Shown one piece after another: positions 38,046 to 46,859 of a stretch of 64,000 bases of DNA; the first letter of the stretch is position 1, and each line of letters starts with the position of its first letter. The DNA comes from Actinomycetota bacterium (GTDB taxonomy: Bacteria; Actinomycetota; AC-67): assembly GCA_035307625.1 (NCBI GenBank), contig DATGHY010000358.1, positions 2,031-66,030 on the forward strand, read 5' to 3'. Both the position numbers and the translations under genes were made by a program. The notes under the pieces were generated by a model. That model was not told where the DNA came from and searched no databases. It saw nothing but the letters and a program-made list of their open reading frames with translations.

Positions 38046-38816
38046 TCAGGTTGGAGAGTCGCCCGGCTCTTCGACCCGATGTCGCGGCGCGCGCGAGGCG
38101 AGCAAGAAGCCGACGAACATCACGCCGACCCCGATCGCAAGCGTGACGGAGAATGCCGCCCCCTTCGCGTACCGCACCAAGGCCGTGCTGCCGATCGCCA
38201 CGATCGTCACGCCGATCGCGATGAGAAGGTTCGCGCGCACACGCTCCTTCGGCGGCGCGACGCCCTTGCGCCGGCGCGAAGACAGCGCCGCGATCCCCAC
38301 GACGACCACGTACGCGATAGTCGAGTACCAGATCGCGAGCGATCGCACCGAGTGATCTTTGCGCCAGACATCCGAGCCGCTCGGGATGTCCTTACGCCCG
38401 AAGACGCGGTTCGTGAGATCGGTGCTTGCGGCGGCTACGCACGTTTGGTGCCCACTCGGCCCGACGATCGCTTCGCATGGGTGCGACGAGACCACTTTGA
38501 AGAATCCGAAGATCGACAGGACCCCTACGAGCACGAGCGCCGACATCGTCAGCTCGCGCTTGTTCAGCAGCGCGACACTGCCGAGCGCGAGCCAGGGCAC
38601 GTTCAGCATCGCGCCGAACAAGTAGAAGATCTTGTACGACGTCGGATCCCACCCTTGAGACGTGCCGTACATGACGACGAAGGACGCTAGTGCGAACATC
38701 GCCATCGACACGCCCCACGCGAGCTGCTGGATCTTTCGCTTCTTCGAGTACTGCAGCAGCAACAGGACCGCGAACACGGTGCTGACCGCAGCCGCGATCA
38801 GAGGGAAGATGATCAC
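38046..38816 (-). CDS. Integral membrane protein of unknown function
   Basis: 256 aa, about 7 hydrophobic helices, Cys pair in a loop (..HPCEAIVGPSGHQTC..). Start overlaps the fadD stop. Confidence 0.5.
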   Translation of the reverse strand: MIIFPLIAAAVSTVFAVLLLLQYSKKRKIQQLAWGVSMAMFALASFVVMYGTSQGWDPTSYKIFYLFGAMLNVPWLALGSVALLNKRELTMSALVLVGVLSIFGFFKVVSSHPCEAIVGPSGHQTCVAAASTDLTNRVFGRKDIPSGSDVWRKDHSVRSLAIWYSTIAYVVVVGIAALSSRRRKGVAPPKERVRANLLIAIGVTIVAIGSTALVRYAKGAAFSVTLAIGVGVMFVGFLLASRAPRHRVEEPGDSPT

Positions 38817-40348
38817 GCGGGTTCCTCGGCAGGCTGCTCGTCGTCTTCACGCAGACGCCGTCGCAGGATCTTGCCCGTGTCGGTATGCGGGAGCTTGTCG
38901 ACGAACTCGACGACTTGCGGGCACTTGAAGCGCGCGATCGAGCGCTTGCAGAACTCGATGATCTCTTCTTCCGTCGCCGTCGTTCCCGGCTTCAGCACAA
39001 CGACCGCTTTGACCGCCTCGCCCGTGTACGGGTGAGGGATGCCGACCACGGCCGCTTCCGCGACCTTCGGATGGCGGTAGAGGGCCTCTTCGACCTCACG
39101 CGGGTACACGTTGAAGCCCGACACGATGATGAGGTCCTTCTTCCGGTCGACGAGGAACAGGTAGCCGTCCTCGTCTTCGTACGCGACGTCACCGGTGTGG
39201 AACCAGCCGCCGCGCGTCGCTTCTTCCGTCGCAGGGTCGTCGTGCCAATACCCCTTGAACACGTTCGGCCCGCGCACCACGATCTCGCCGGGGTCGCCCT
39301 CTTCGACCTCATCACCCTGCTCGTCGAGCAGCCTGAGCTCGACGTCGGGGAGCGGCTTGCCGATCGACCCCGGTTTCGCGTCGGAACCCATCGCGTTGGA
39401 GGTCACGCCGGGCGCCGTTTCGGTCAGCCCGTACCCTTCCCAGATCGTGATGCCGAGCCGCCGTTTGAAGTCTTCGAGCACCGGCCCGGGCAGCGGCGCC
39501 GCGCCGGAGACGGCAAGCCGCACGCTCGAGAGGTTCCGCTTCTCGACGTTGGGTGTCGAAAGCCATGCGACGAACATCGGTGGCGCGCCGAACAATACGG
39601 TGATGCCGTGCCGTTCGATCGCATCGAGCGACGCGACGGGATCGAAGCGTTCTTGCAGCACCGCGGTCGCACCGACTCGGAACGTCAAGCCGAGGCTGAC
39701 GTTCAGCGCATAGATGTGGAACATCGGAAGCACCAACAGCACGACGTCCGTCTCGGCTTCGGTCAGCAGAGGCACCCGGTGCATCTGCTCGATGTTCGCC
39801 ATCAGGTTGCCGTGCGTAAGCATCGCGCCCTTGGGCTTTCCAGTTGTGCCGCTCGTGTACGGCAGGGCGGCGAGATCGCCGTCGTCGATCGTGACCGACG
39901 GCGCGCCTTGGCCGCGGCCGGTCATCTGATCCCATCCCATCGTTCCGATCGGCGAACCGCCGCCGACCACGACGACGTGCTCGAGCATCGGCAACGTTTC
40001 GCGCAAGCCGTCGACCGCGCGCAGGAACGGTTCTGCCACGACCACCGCGCGCGCCTCCGCATCGGCGAGGATGTACGAGACTTCGTCCGCCGTGTACATC
40101 GTGTTCAACGGGACCATGACCCCGCCGGCCCGCTCGATCCCGAGGTAGGCGTAGATGAAGTGGGGAACGTTCTGCACGAGCACCCCGACGCGGTCGCCCT
40201 TGCGGATACCGAGCGACGCGATGCCGGCGGCTGCTTGATCGATCTCGCGTTCGAGCTCGCCGTATGTGATCGGCTTGTCCTGGAAGATCAGCGCGGGCTT
40301 GTCGGGAAGCCGAGCAGCCGTTTGCTTGACGATGTCTGCGACGTTCAT
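38813..40348 (-). CDS. fadD: Long-chain-fatty-acid--CoA ligase (AMP-dependent synthetase/ligase)
   Basis: AMP-binding motif ..LPYTSGTTGKPKGAML..; internal ATG start (MNVADIVKQT..). Confidence 0.88.
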   Translation of the reverse strand: MNVADIVKQTAARLPDKPALIFQDKPITYGELEREIDQAAAGIASLGIRKGDRVGVLVQNVPHFIYAYLGIERAGGVMVPLNTMYTADEVSYILADAEARAVVVAEPFLRAVDGLRETLPMLEHVVVVGGGSPIGTMGWDQMTGRGQGAPSVTIDDGDLAALPYTSGTTGKPKGAMLTHGNLMANIEQMHRVPLLTEAETDVVLLVLPMFHIYALNVSLGLTFRVGATAVLQERFDPVASLDAIERHGITVLFGAPPMFVAWLSTPNVEKRNLSSVRLAVSGAAPLPGPVLEDFKRRLGITIWEGYGLTETAPGVTSNAMGSDAKPGSIGKPLPDVELRLLDEQGDEVEEGDPGEIVVRGPNVFKGYWHDDPATEEATRGGWFHTGDVAYEDEDGYLFLVDRKKDLIIVSGFNVYPREVEEALYRHPKVAEAAVVGIPHPYTGEAVKAVVVLKPGTTATEEEIIEFCKRSIARFKCPQVVEFVDKLPHTDTGKILRRRLREDDEQPAEEPA

Positions 40349-40358
40349 GCGTGTGCGC

Positions 40359-41681
40359 TCATTCTTCGATGAAGGCTCCGCGCGCGCGCAACGCGACCTG
40401 CACGGCACCGACGTCGAGCGCGCGCAACGCGGTCCCGGTTCGAGCAGCCAGCGCCGCCGCCACGCCCGCCGCCTCTCCCTGCGCCATCGAGGGCGCGATC
40501 ACGCGCGTCGACGCGAGCGCTTCATGGGTCGCGCTTATGCAACGGCCGGCGACGAGCAGGTTGTCCACCCCCTGGACGAGCAACGACCGATACGGTACCT
40601 GGTAGTAGGCGCCTTCATCGAGCCAGACGTACTGGGTTTCCGTTCCCTCGACGTGGAACTCTTGCGGCCACGCACCGGCAGCGATCGCGTCCTCGAAGCG
40701 GGCTGCGCCCAGCACGTCGTCGCCGGTCAGCTCGTAGTCCCCGCGCGCGCGCCTCGTCTCCCGGACGCCGAGCTGCGTCGGCGTGTCGGCGAAGTAGGCA
40801 TTCTCGAAGCCGGGCATGTTCTCGATCAGGAACCTGCCGGCCTTCTCGGCCTCCGCGCGTCCGGCGATCTCGGCGGCCGTCGCTTCGAACGGGTCCGTCA
40901 TGTCGGGCGAGTGTCCGTCGACCCCGATCCGCGTCATGGCCCCGTACATCTCCCCCGTGCGCGCGGTCGGGAGCACCGCGCCACCCGTCCGCGACAATCC
41001 CCATTCGCGCCCCGTCGTCTGCAGGAGCTCTTGCAGCTTGTCCAGGCCGGCCGCAAACGCGGCCCCGACGTCGACGTTCTGCATCAGGAACTGCATCGAG
41101 GGGAACTGGCGCTGCCCCGGCCCGCCCATGTCGGTTCCAAGACCGGCGTGGTACGCGACGTCGGCGTCGCCGCTCGCGTCGATGAATACCGGCGCGGTTA
41201 TGGCGAGCGGCCCTCGCTTCGAGCCGACGACCACCGCTTCGATAGATGAGCCGGCACGCGCAACCTCCGTCACCGAGCAATGAAGCAGCGGCGTTAGATT
41301 TTCTTGCTCGGTCACCAAACGATCGGCGAGGAACTTGTACGCCCACGGCACGTAGAGGAAGACTGCAGTTTCCTTGAACGGAACGGGACCGCCGCCCAAT
41401 CCCATCGATGCGATCGCGTCGGCCCATTCGCCGGCGAACCCGCGACACACGCGATCGAAGCCGTCGGCGGTCTTGCGGTAGAGGCCGCAGATCGTCCCCA
41501 CCCACGCCGCCGTCGCGTTCCCGCCGAAGAATCCGTAGCGCTCGACGAGCACCGTGCGCGCGCCCGCTCGCGCTGAAGAGATCGCCGCGGCAAGGCCCGC
41601 CGACCCGCCGCCGACCACGACGACGTCGGCCTCGGCCAGGACGGGGGCCTCGCGTTCGTTGAGCGTGATCGGCGTCGCCAT
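40359..41681 (-). CDS. FAD-dependent oxidoreductase
   Basis: Dinucleotide-binding motif VVVVGGGSAGLAAAISSARAGARTVLVER; 440 aa. Confidence 0.78.
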   Translation of the reverse strand: MATPITLNEREAPVLAEADVVVVGGGSAGLAAAISSARAGARTVLVERYGFFGGNATAAWVGTICGLYRKTADGFDRVCRGFAGEWADAIASMGLGGGPVPFKETAVFLYVPWAYKFLADRLVTEQENLTPLLHCSVTEVARAGSSIEAVVVGSKRGPLAITAPVFIDASGDADVAYHAGLGTDMGGPGQRQFPSMQFLMQNVDVGAAFAAGLDKLQELLQTTGREWGLSRTGGAVLPTARTGEMYGAMTRIGVDGHSPDMTDPFEATAAEIAGRAEAEKAGRFLIENMPGFENAYFADTPTQLGVRETRRARGDYELTGDDVLGAARFEDAIAAGAWPQEFHVEGTETQYVWLDEGAYYQVPYRSLLVQGVDNLLVAGRCISATHEALASTRVIAPSMAQGEAAGVAAALAARTGTALRALDVGAVQVALRARGAFIEE

Positions 41682-41849
41682 AGACGCGCGCAAGTCTACG
41701 AGCGGCCCGTGCCCGATTCATCCCGTGATGGGCAAAAAGACCTGAAAAATAGGCCGCCCTGCCCACCGATCGCGCTCAAGTCACTCCTCTCAGCGCCGAT
41801 AGAACGGCTAGAGGTTGCAGCACTAGGTAGCGAGCCTGGACTGCAAGCC

Positions 41850-41962
41850 TGTTTCCACGACAAAGGCAAACCCGCCGCAAGGCGGGGACGCAAAGCCACG
41901 GGACCTTCCGCAGGGGTCAGCCGGGTTGCCGAAGGAGACGACGGAACGCAGTTGCCCGTCGA
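41850..41962 (+). ncRNA. Candidate c-di-GMP-I (GEMM) riboswitch in the 5' leader of the CAP-domain protein gene
   Basis: CACGACAAAGGCAAACC + CCCGCC-GCAA-GGCGGG GNRA hairpin + GGGACGCAAAGCCACGGGACC. Position-by-position match to the conserved GEMM-I core (Vc2: CACGCACAGGGCAAACC..GAAA..GGGACGCAAAGCCUCCGGCC). Sits in a 346-nt gene-free leader. Confidence 0.65.
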
Positions 41963-42027
41963 TCCAAGGCGTCAACGCCGTGGAGAGGCGGGCTTGTTGA
42001 TTCAGGCCCTGAACCAAGGGGCCAGTC

Positions 42028-42771
42028 ATGGGAAAGCGTTTCGCATCTGGGGCGCTCGTTGTGTCGATGATCGTTGCGGGCATCGTGACGGTCGCGGCAG
42101 GTATCGCATCCGCATCGACCGCGAGCGATGAATCACACTTCGTTTCACTGATCAACTACGAGCGTACGACCGACACCAAGTCGTGGTCGTGCGGTCGCGC
42201 CGGCGGGCTCAACGCACTCTCGGTTGCAAGCGATCTCGTTGCAGTCGCGCGCAAGCACAGCGAGCAGATGGCTGCCAAGGGCACGATCTGGCACGACTCC
42301 AGCACGTGGAACTCGGTCAGCGGCTGGAGCGAGTACGGCGAGAACGTCGGGATGGGCCCGAGCGACATCTCCGACCCGGTGGGCAACCTGCACACCGCGT
42401 TCATGAACTCCTCCGAGCACTGCCAGAACATCCTCTTCTCGCACTCGAACCCGGTCTTCAACCAGGTCGGTGTCGGCGTGGTCATCTCGAACAACACGAT
42501 GTATGTCACCGAGATCTTCGTGCGCCGCTCTTCGGGCTCGAGCTCGACGACCTACCACCGCTCGACGACCACGCGCAGCACGACGACCCACCACACCACG
42601 ACCTACCACCCCGTCGCGTCCGTGACGCGCGCCGCCGCGGCGAAGCCAAAGCCGAAGCCGCTGGCCGCGCCGCCGGTCGCAACACCGCAGACGGTCGACC
42701 TGCTGGTCCGCATGATCGGCATGGACTCTGACAACGTCGATCCCGCAACAGGAGCAGCTGCAGGGTTTTAG
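42028..42771 (+). CDS. Secreted CAP-domain (SCP/PR-1-like) protein
   Basis: Signal peptide (MGKRFASGALVVSMIVAGIVTVAAGIASA); CAP motifs (..HSEQMAAKGTIWHDS.., ..HTAFMNSSEHCQNIL..); Ser/Thr/His-rich C-terminal linker. Confidence 0.8.
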   Translation: MGKRFASGALVVSMIVAGIVTVAAGIASASTASDESHFVSLINYERTTDTKSWSCGRAGGLNALSVASDLVAVARKHSEQMAAKGTIWHDSSTWNSVSGWSEYGENVGMGPSDISDPVGNLHTAFMNSSEHCQNILFSHSNPVFNQVGVGVVISNNTMYVTEIFVRRSSGSSSTTYHRSTTTRSTTTHHTTTYHPVASVTRAAAAKPKPKPLAAPPVATPQTVDLLVRMIGMDSDNVDPATGAAAGF

Positions 42772-42812
42772 GGGAGATCCGCCCGCGAGGGCGGAACGAG
42801 ACCCATCTCCGC

Positions 42813-42860
42813 GCCCCGGGGCTTCGGCCCCGGGGCCGGCCCCCTTTCTGGGGTTGTTTC
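42813..42860 (+). terminator. Intrinsic terminator-like hairpin (GCCCCGGGGC-TTCG-GCCCCGGGGC) plus T-rich tail
   Basis: Perfect 10-bp stem with UUCG loop 40 nt after the CAP gene stop, followed by CCCCCTTTCTGGGGTTGTTTCT. Confidence 0.5.
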
Positions 42861-42921
42861 TAACGTTGTGTTCGCGCGCGCTTCGTGTGTCCTCGGTACC
42901 ATCTGTCTTTGAGGGGACGCG

Positions 42922-43722
42922 ATGACGAAATATCCACAACTTCTGTGTTCGACCGGGCCGTTCTACATGATGCCGATCGGCCAAGTCTTCGAGTCGTTCT
43001 CGCGCTCGGGCTTCAACGGCGCCGAAGTCATGGTCACGAGCGAGAAGGCAACGCAGGATCCGAAGGCGCTCAATGCCCTCGCCGAGGACTTCGGCGTCCA
43101 CATCGGCGCGATCCACGCTCCCTTCCTGCTTCTAACCCGAACGGTCTTTACCACCGATCCCCTCGAGAAGATCAAGCGATCCACGGACGTGGCGCACGGG
43201 TGCGGTGCACCCATCGTCGTCGTCCACCCGGCTTACCGGTGGCAGTTCGGCTTCAACTCTTGGCTCGAGAAAGACATCACCGAGTTCAACAAGAGCGAAG
43301 GGCTCACCGTTGCCGTCGAGAACATGTTCCCCGTATGGGTCCGGGGCCGCGGCTTCACGTTCCACCGGTCGCTCGGCGTCGAGGACATGAAGAAGTTCCC
43401 CGCGATAACCCTGGACACGAGCCATCTCGCGGTCAGCGGTATCGACATCATCCGAGCCTTCGAAGAGCTTCAGGACCGGATCGTTCACATCCACTTGTCG
43501 AACAACCTCGGGACCGGCCGGGACACACACTCGCCGCTCACCCAGGGCGTCCTCCCCATCGGCTCGCTGCTCAAGCGGATCGCGGGCGCCGGCTATACGG
43601 GGACGATCACGCTCGAGCTTGACGTCCGGGAATGGGCGAGCAAGCCGGCCCAGCTGGCCTCCGTTCTTAGGGAACAGCGGGAATTCTGCCTGGACCGCCT
43701 CGGCGCGCCTGCCGGGGCCTAG
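42922..43722 (+). CDS. Sugar phosphate isomerase/epimerase (xylose-isomerase-like TIM barrel)
   Basis: 266 aa; ..AVENMFP.., ..IVHIHLSNN.. metal-site-like motifs. Confidence 0.78.
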   Translation: MTKYPQLLCSTGPFYMMPIGQVFESFSRSGFNGAEVMVTSEKATQDPKALNALAEDFGVHIGAIHAPFLLLTRTVFTTDPLEKIKRSTDVAHGCGAPIVVVHPAYRWQFGFNSWLEKDITEFNKSEGLTVAVENMFPVWVRGRGFTFHRSLGVEDMKKFPAITLDTSHLAVSGIDIIRAFEELQDRIVHIHLSNNLGTGRDTHSPLTQGVLPIGSLLKRIAGAGYTGTITLELDVREWASKPAQLASVLREQREFCLDRLGAPAGA

Positions 43723-43828
43723 CCCGCGGGGGCTAGAGGATCTCTCAAGTCCGGGGGTTTTGGTGCCGAACCCCTAAACGTCGCCTGTGTCCGTTACGGG
43801 CGGCCGGAAAGGGAGACCAAAGACGAAC

Positions 43829-44206
43829 GTGGCTATCCGGGTTCTGATCGTCGACGACACCGATCATGTGCGGAACATGCTTTCGCACATGCTGACCCTC
43901 GACGGCTTCGACGTGGTCGGTGCCGTGGGCGGAGCCGCTGAAGGGATCGGCGCGCTCTCCCTCTTCGAACCGGACATCGTGATCATGGATCTCAAGATGC
44001 CGATCATGGACGGCATCGCGGCGACGCGCGCGATGCGCGAGGATCATCCAACGCTTCCGATCGTCCTCTACACGGCCTACCTCGACGACGCGATCGCCGA
44101 GCGCGCGCGCGAAGCCGGCGTCACCGCGTGCATCGGCAAGGTGGAAGGCATCGCGTCGCTCGAGCGCGAGATCTCAGCGCTGTGCTTGGAGCTCGTCGAG
44201 CACTAA
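43829..44206 (+). CDS. Stand-alone response-regulator receiver domain (CheY-like)
   Basis: GTG start after AAGGGAGA ribosome-binding site; ..IRVLIVDDTDHVRNML.., phospho-acceptor ..IVIMDLKMPIMDG.., ..LYTAY.. Confidence 0.8.
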   Translation: MAIRVLIVDDTDHVRNMLSHMLTLDGFDVVGAVGGAAEGIGALSLFEPDIVIMDLKMPIMDGIAATRAMREDHPTLPIVLYTAYLDDAIAERAREAGVTACIGKVEGIASLEREISALCLELVEH

Positions 44207-44221
44207 CCTGCAAACAACCTC

Positions 44222-44250
44222 GAAGGGCGAGCACACCGTGCTCGCCCTTC
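44222..44250. terminator. Bidirectional terminator hairpin (GAAGGGCGAGCAC-ACC-GTGCTCGCCCTTC) between convergent genes
   Basis: Perfect 13-bp inverted repeat 16 nt after the receiver-domain gene stop. Confidence 0.55.
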
Positions 44251-44459
44251 AACATTGCAAAACCTATCGCCGCGCGTGAGTGGAAGTCGCGTCTGACGTC
44301 TTCGAACCGCTAGGTTCGCGCAGTTGCCAGGCTCGTCATCCCTCGCCCGTGTCCGGCGGGCTTCATACCTGGAGCCACAACACTTTCGTTCGCGAATCCT
44401 CGACTGCATAACTACCTCGAAGGCGGTTTGGTTACCTTCCGCAGGTCGGAGGACGTTTC

Positions 44460-45914
44460 CTAAGTTCCCCTTTGTCTTACGACGCCCGTCTCGTCACCCG
44501 TCTCGAGCACGTCGGGGATGAACACCGGCGGGATGTCGACCAACGCCGTCGAGGGGCTGCCGCCGATATCCGCGCGCGCCATCGCGAGCGCGTCCTCGAG
44601 ACTCGGGGCCCATGTGAACCCCATCCGTTCGACGGGCTCTGGGTCTTTGCCACCGCAGAAGATGATCCGGCCGAGGTGCCTGCGCGCGAATGCGGTCTGC
44701 CCCCACAAGAACAGGGGGTGCGCGCCGTGGAAAGAGAACTGGTACCGGTACGCGTAGACGTATTCCGGCCGGTGCGCGAAGTCTTCGGCGTGTTCGTCCC
44801 AGATCGCGAACGGATCCGTCGTGCGCGGCAGGATCTCGTTGAACAGCTCTGGATAGGAGCGGTGATGCCGCTCGAACCCTTGATCAACGGGATTCACGAA
44901 GATCGCGACGCCACCTTCGCGCACCAACGGCCGGCGTGTGTACAAGCCGAACGTGTACGAGCATGCAAGGTTGGCGACGAGGATCGGATTGATCTTCGAC
45001 AGCGCCGAATAGGGATCGCGGTTCGGCAGTCCCCAGATCGCGATATCACTCTGTCCATCGACCGGAAGGGATTGTTGGGTGCGCAGGATCTCAAGCGTGG
45101 CGCGGTGCACGTCCGCCGGGTGGCCGGCGTTGACGGCCGCGAGGCGACCCGGCATCTCGTTGGTAGCCACGGTTTCCACCGAAAACAGGCGTTTTCCGGT
45201 GCGCGCCAGCTCCGCGTCCACGACGGCGCCCATCTCTGCGAGCAGCTTCTGGAACGCGCTGCGATCCGGATCCATCGTCGAATGGCCGTGCGCGAACGGG
45301 AACGGGCGGTGGTGGTGACGGATCGATCGGAACGACGACAACCCGACGACGATCGACTTCCATCCACCGTTCATCGGCGACGGCGTGCAATTCACGTAGA
45401 TGAGCTGATCGGATTCGGTCACCGCTTTGTTCAGCTCGACCTCGAACCCTCGCTGCGTCTCGCCGAGATACACGAGCTGATCCGGATCGCACGCGTCGTG
45501 ATTCGTCAGCCGTTGCGGCGGCAGCAACGAGAGCACCTGGCCCAACGACGTGGACAGCTCCATGCGCGTCCACTTCCGATGGAGCGCGTTCGCGACCAAC
45601 AGCCGAACGTCTTCTGGACGCACGCCGGCCAGGGAAAGCTGCTCGAGAAGGATCGGGATGATCAAACCGCGGAAGTCCGGCGCCGCCATGGGAACGACGG
45701 GGATCGTCAAGTCGTCGAACGCGATCGTCACTTTGGAGCCAGGGCCGACGAGGGACCGGAGGGGTTTCTGGCCGATCGGTTCTTCGAGCGCGCGATAGAC
45801 CGCAGCAGCCGGGTCCTCGAGCGCCGAAAGGGACGGCGGCGCCTGCAAGACCCTTGTGTCATCAGGGAGAACGGCGGTGAGCGACCCGTCCCCGCACCAG
45901 ATACTCCGTTCCAT
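44460..45914 (-). CDS. LarA-like (lactate racemase family, DUF2088) protein
   Basis: 484 aa; N-terminal ..KVTIAFDDLTIPV.. resembles the LarA motif; His-rich segment ..RSIRHHHRPFPFAHGHS... Confidence 0.7.
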   Translation of the reverse strand: MERSIWCGDGSLTAVLPDDTRVLQAPPSLSALEDPAAAVYRALEEPIGQKPLRSLVGPGSKVTIAFDDLTIPVVPMAAPDFRGLIIPILLEQLSLAGVRPEDVRLLVANALHRKWTRMELSTSLGQVLSLLPPQRLTNHDACDPDQLVYLGETQRGFEVELNKAVTESDQLIYVNCTPSPMNGGWKSIVVGLSSFRSIRHHHRPFPFAHGHSTMDPDRSAFQKLLAEMGAVVDAELARTGKRLFSVETVATNEMPGRLAAVNAGHPADVHRATLEILRTQQSLPVDGQSDIAIWGLPNRDPYSALSKINPILVANLACSYTFGLYTRRPLVREGGVAIFVNPVDQGFERHHRSYPELFNEILPRTTDPFAIWDEHAEDFAHRPEYVYAYRYQFSFHGAHPLFLWGQTAFARRHLGRIIFCGGKDPEPVERMGFTWAPSLEDALAMARADIGGSPSTALVDIPPVFIPDVLETGDETGVVRQRGT

Positions 45915-46102
45915 CCGGGGAAGGATACGCGGCCTTCCGACCCTTTCGTTGGGACTTGCGTCCCTTTACCGCCCCATTCCAGCGGCCCTATCCTGACCCC
46001 CTACAACAGACGATGCGAAGAGGCACTGCACTTCTGCTGACGGGGCTCCTCTTGATCCTCGTTAGTGCTGTGGTTCTCCAGCTAGTCGTCAGACGGTAAA
46101 GA

Positions 46103-46777
46103 GTGACTATGGCTTTGAGGCACGAACGAGCTATCAAATACGCCGCGTCGCGGGTCGATACCGCGAGCGTAGCCATGGCAATGCGACCCGTACCTTCTGA
46201 GCTTCCGATCGCCGGCGCAGTCGGCGAAGACGACGTCATCGCGCTCGTCGACCGCGCGCGAGACGGCGAGCCCGACGCATTCGCATCTCTCTACGACCGG
46301 TACGTCGACCGGGTGTACCGGTTCGTGCTCTACCGCGTAAGCGGCGACACAGCGCTTGCTGAAGACATCACGAGCGAAGTGTTCGTGCGCGCGCTCCGCA
46401 AGATCAAAGGTTTCACGTGGCAAGGGCGTGACGTTGGCGCCTGGTTCGTCACCATCGCCCGGAACCTCGTGCTCGACCACTTCAAGTCGGGCCGGTTCCG
46501 CCTCGAAGTCATCGGCGCCGACCCAGGCGAATCGTCTCGCGAAGGCGTCGTGGACCCCGAAGACGCCGCGCTTTCCCGCGTTTCACAAGCGGACCTGTAT
46601 CGTGCGATCCAGCAGCTCGGGAACGAGCAGCAAGAAGTCATCTATTGGCGGTTCCTCCAGGGCTACTCAGTCGCCGAGGCCGCCGCAGCCATGGACAAGA
46701 GCGAAGGTGCGATCAAGGCACTTCAGTACAGAGCGGTAAAAGCCCTGTACAAGCTCGTTGTCGTGGATGATGACTAG
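46103..46777 (+). CDS. ECF-type RNA polymerase sigma factor
   Basis: Region 2 (..FASLYDRYVDRVYRFVLYRV..) and region 4 (..YWRFLQGYSVAEAAAAMDKSEGAIKALQYRAVKAL..). Start may be ATG 46109 or Met 46175. Confidence 0.85.
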   Translation: MTMALRHERAIKYAASRVDTASVAMAMRPVPSELPIAGAVGEDDVIALVDRARDGEPDAFASLYDRYVDRVYRFVLYRVSGDTALAEDITSEVFVRALRKIKGFTWQGRDVGAWFVTIARNLVLDHFKSGRFRLEVIGADPGESSREGVVDPEDAALSRVSQADLYRAIQQLGNEQQEVIYWRFLQGYSVAEAAAAMDKSEGAIKALQYRAVKALYKLVVVDDD

Positions 46778-46859
46778 TCCATTCGAATCACCCGAAAAAC
46801 CACCCCTTGGACTTCCATCACCAAACCGGGCGATGCGTCGTTGTCCCCAGTGAGAAACC

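Noticed and set aside
42145-43116. 323-aa reverse-strand ORF spanning the CAP gene and the sugar-phosphate isomerase start
   Set aside because: It is antisense to two well-supported genes and has a low-complexity Arg/Gly-rich translation.
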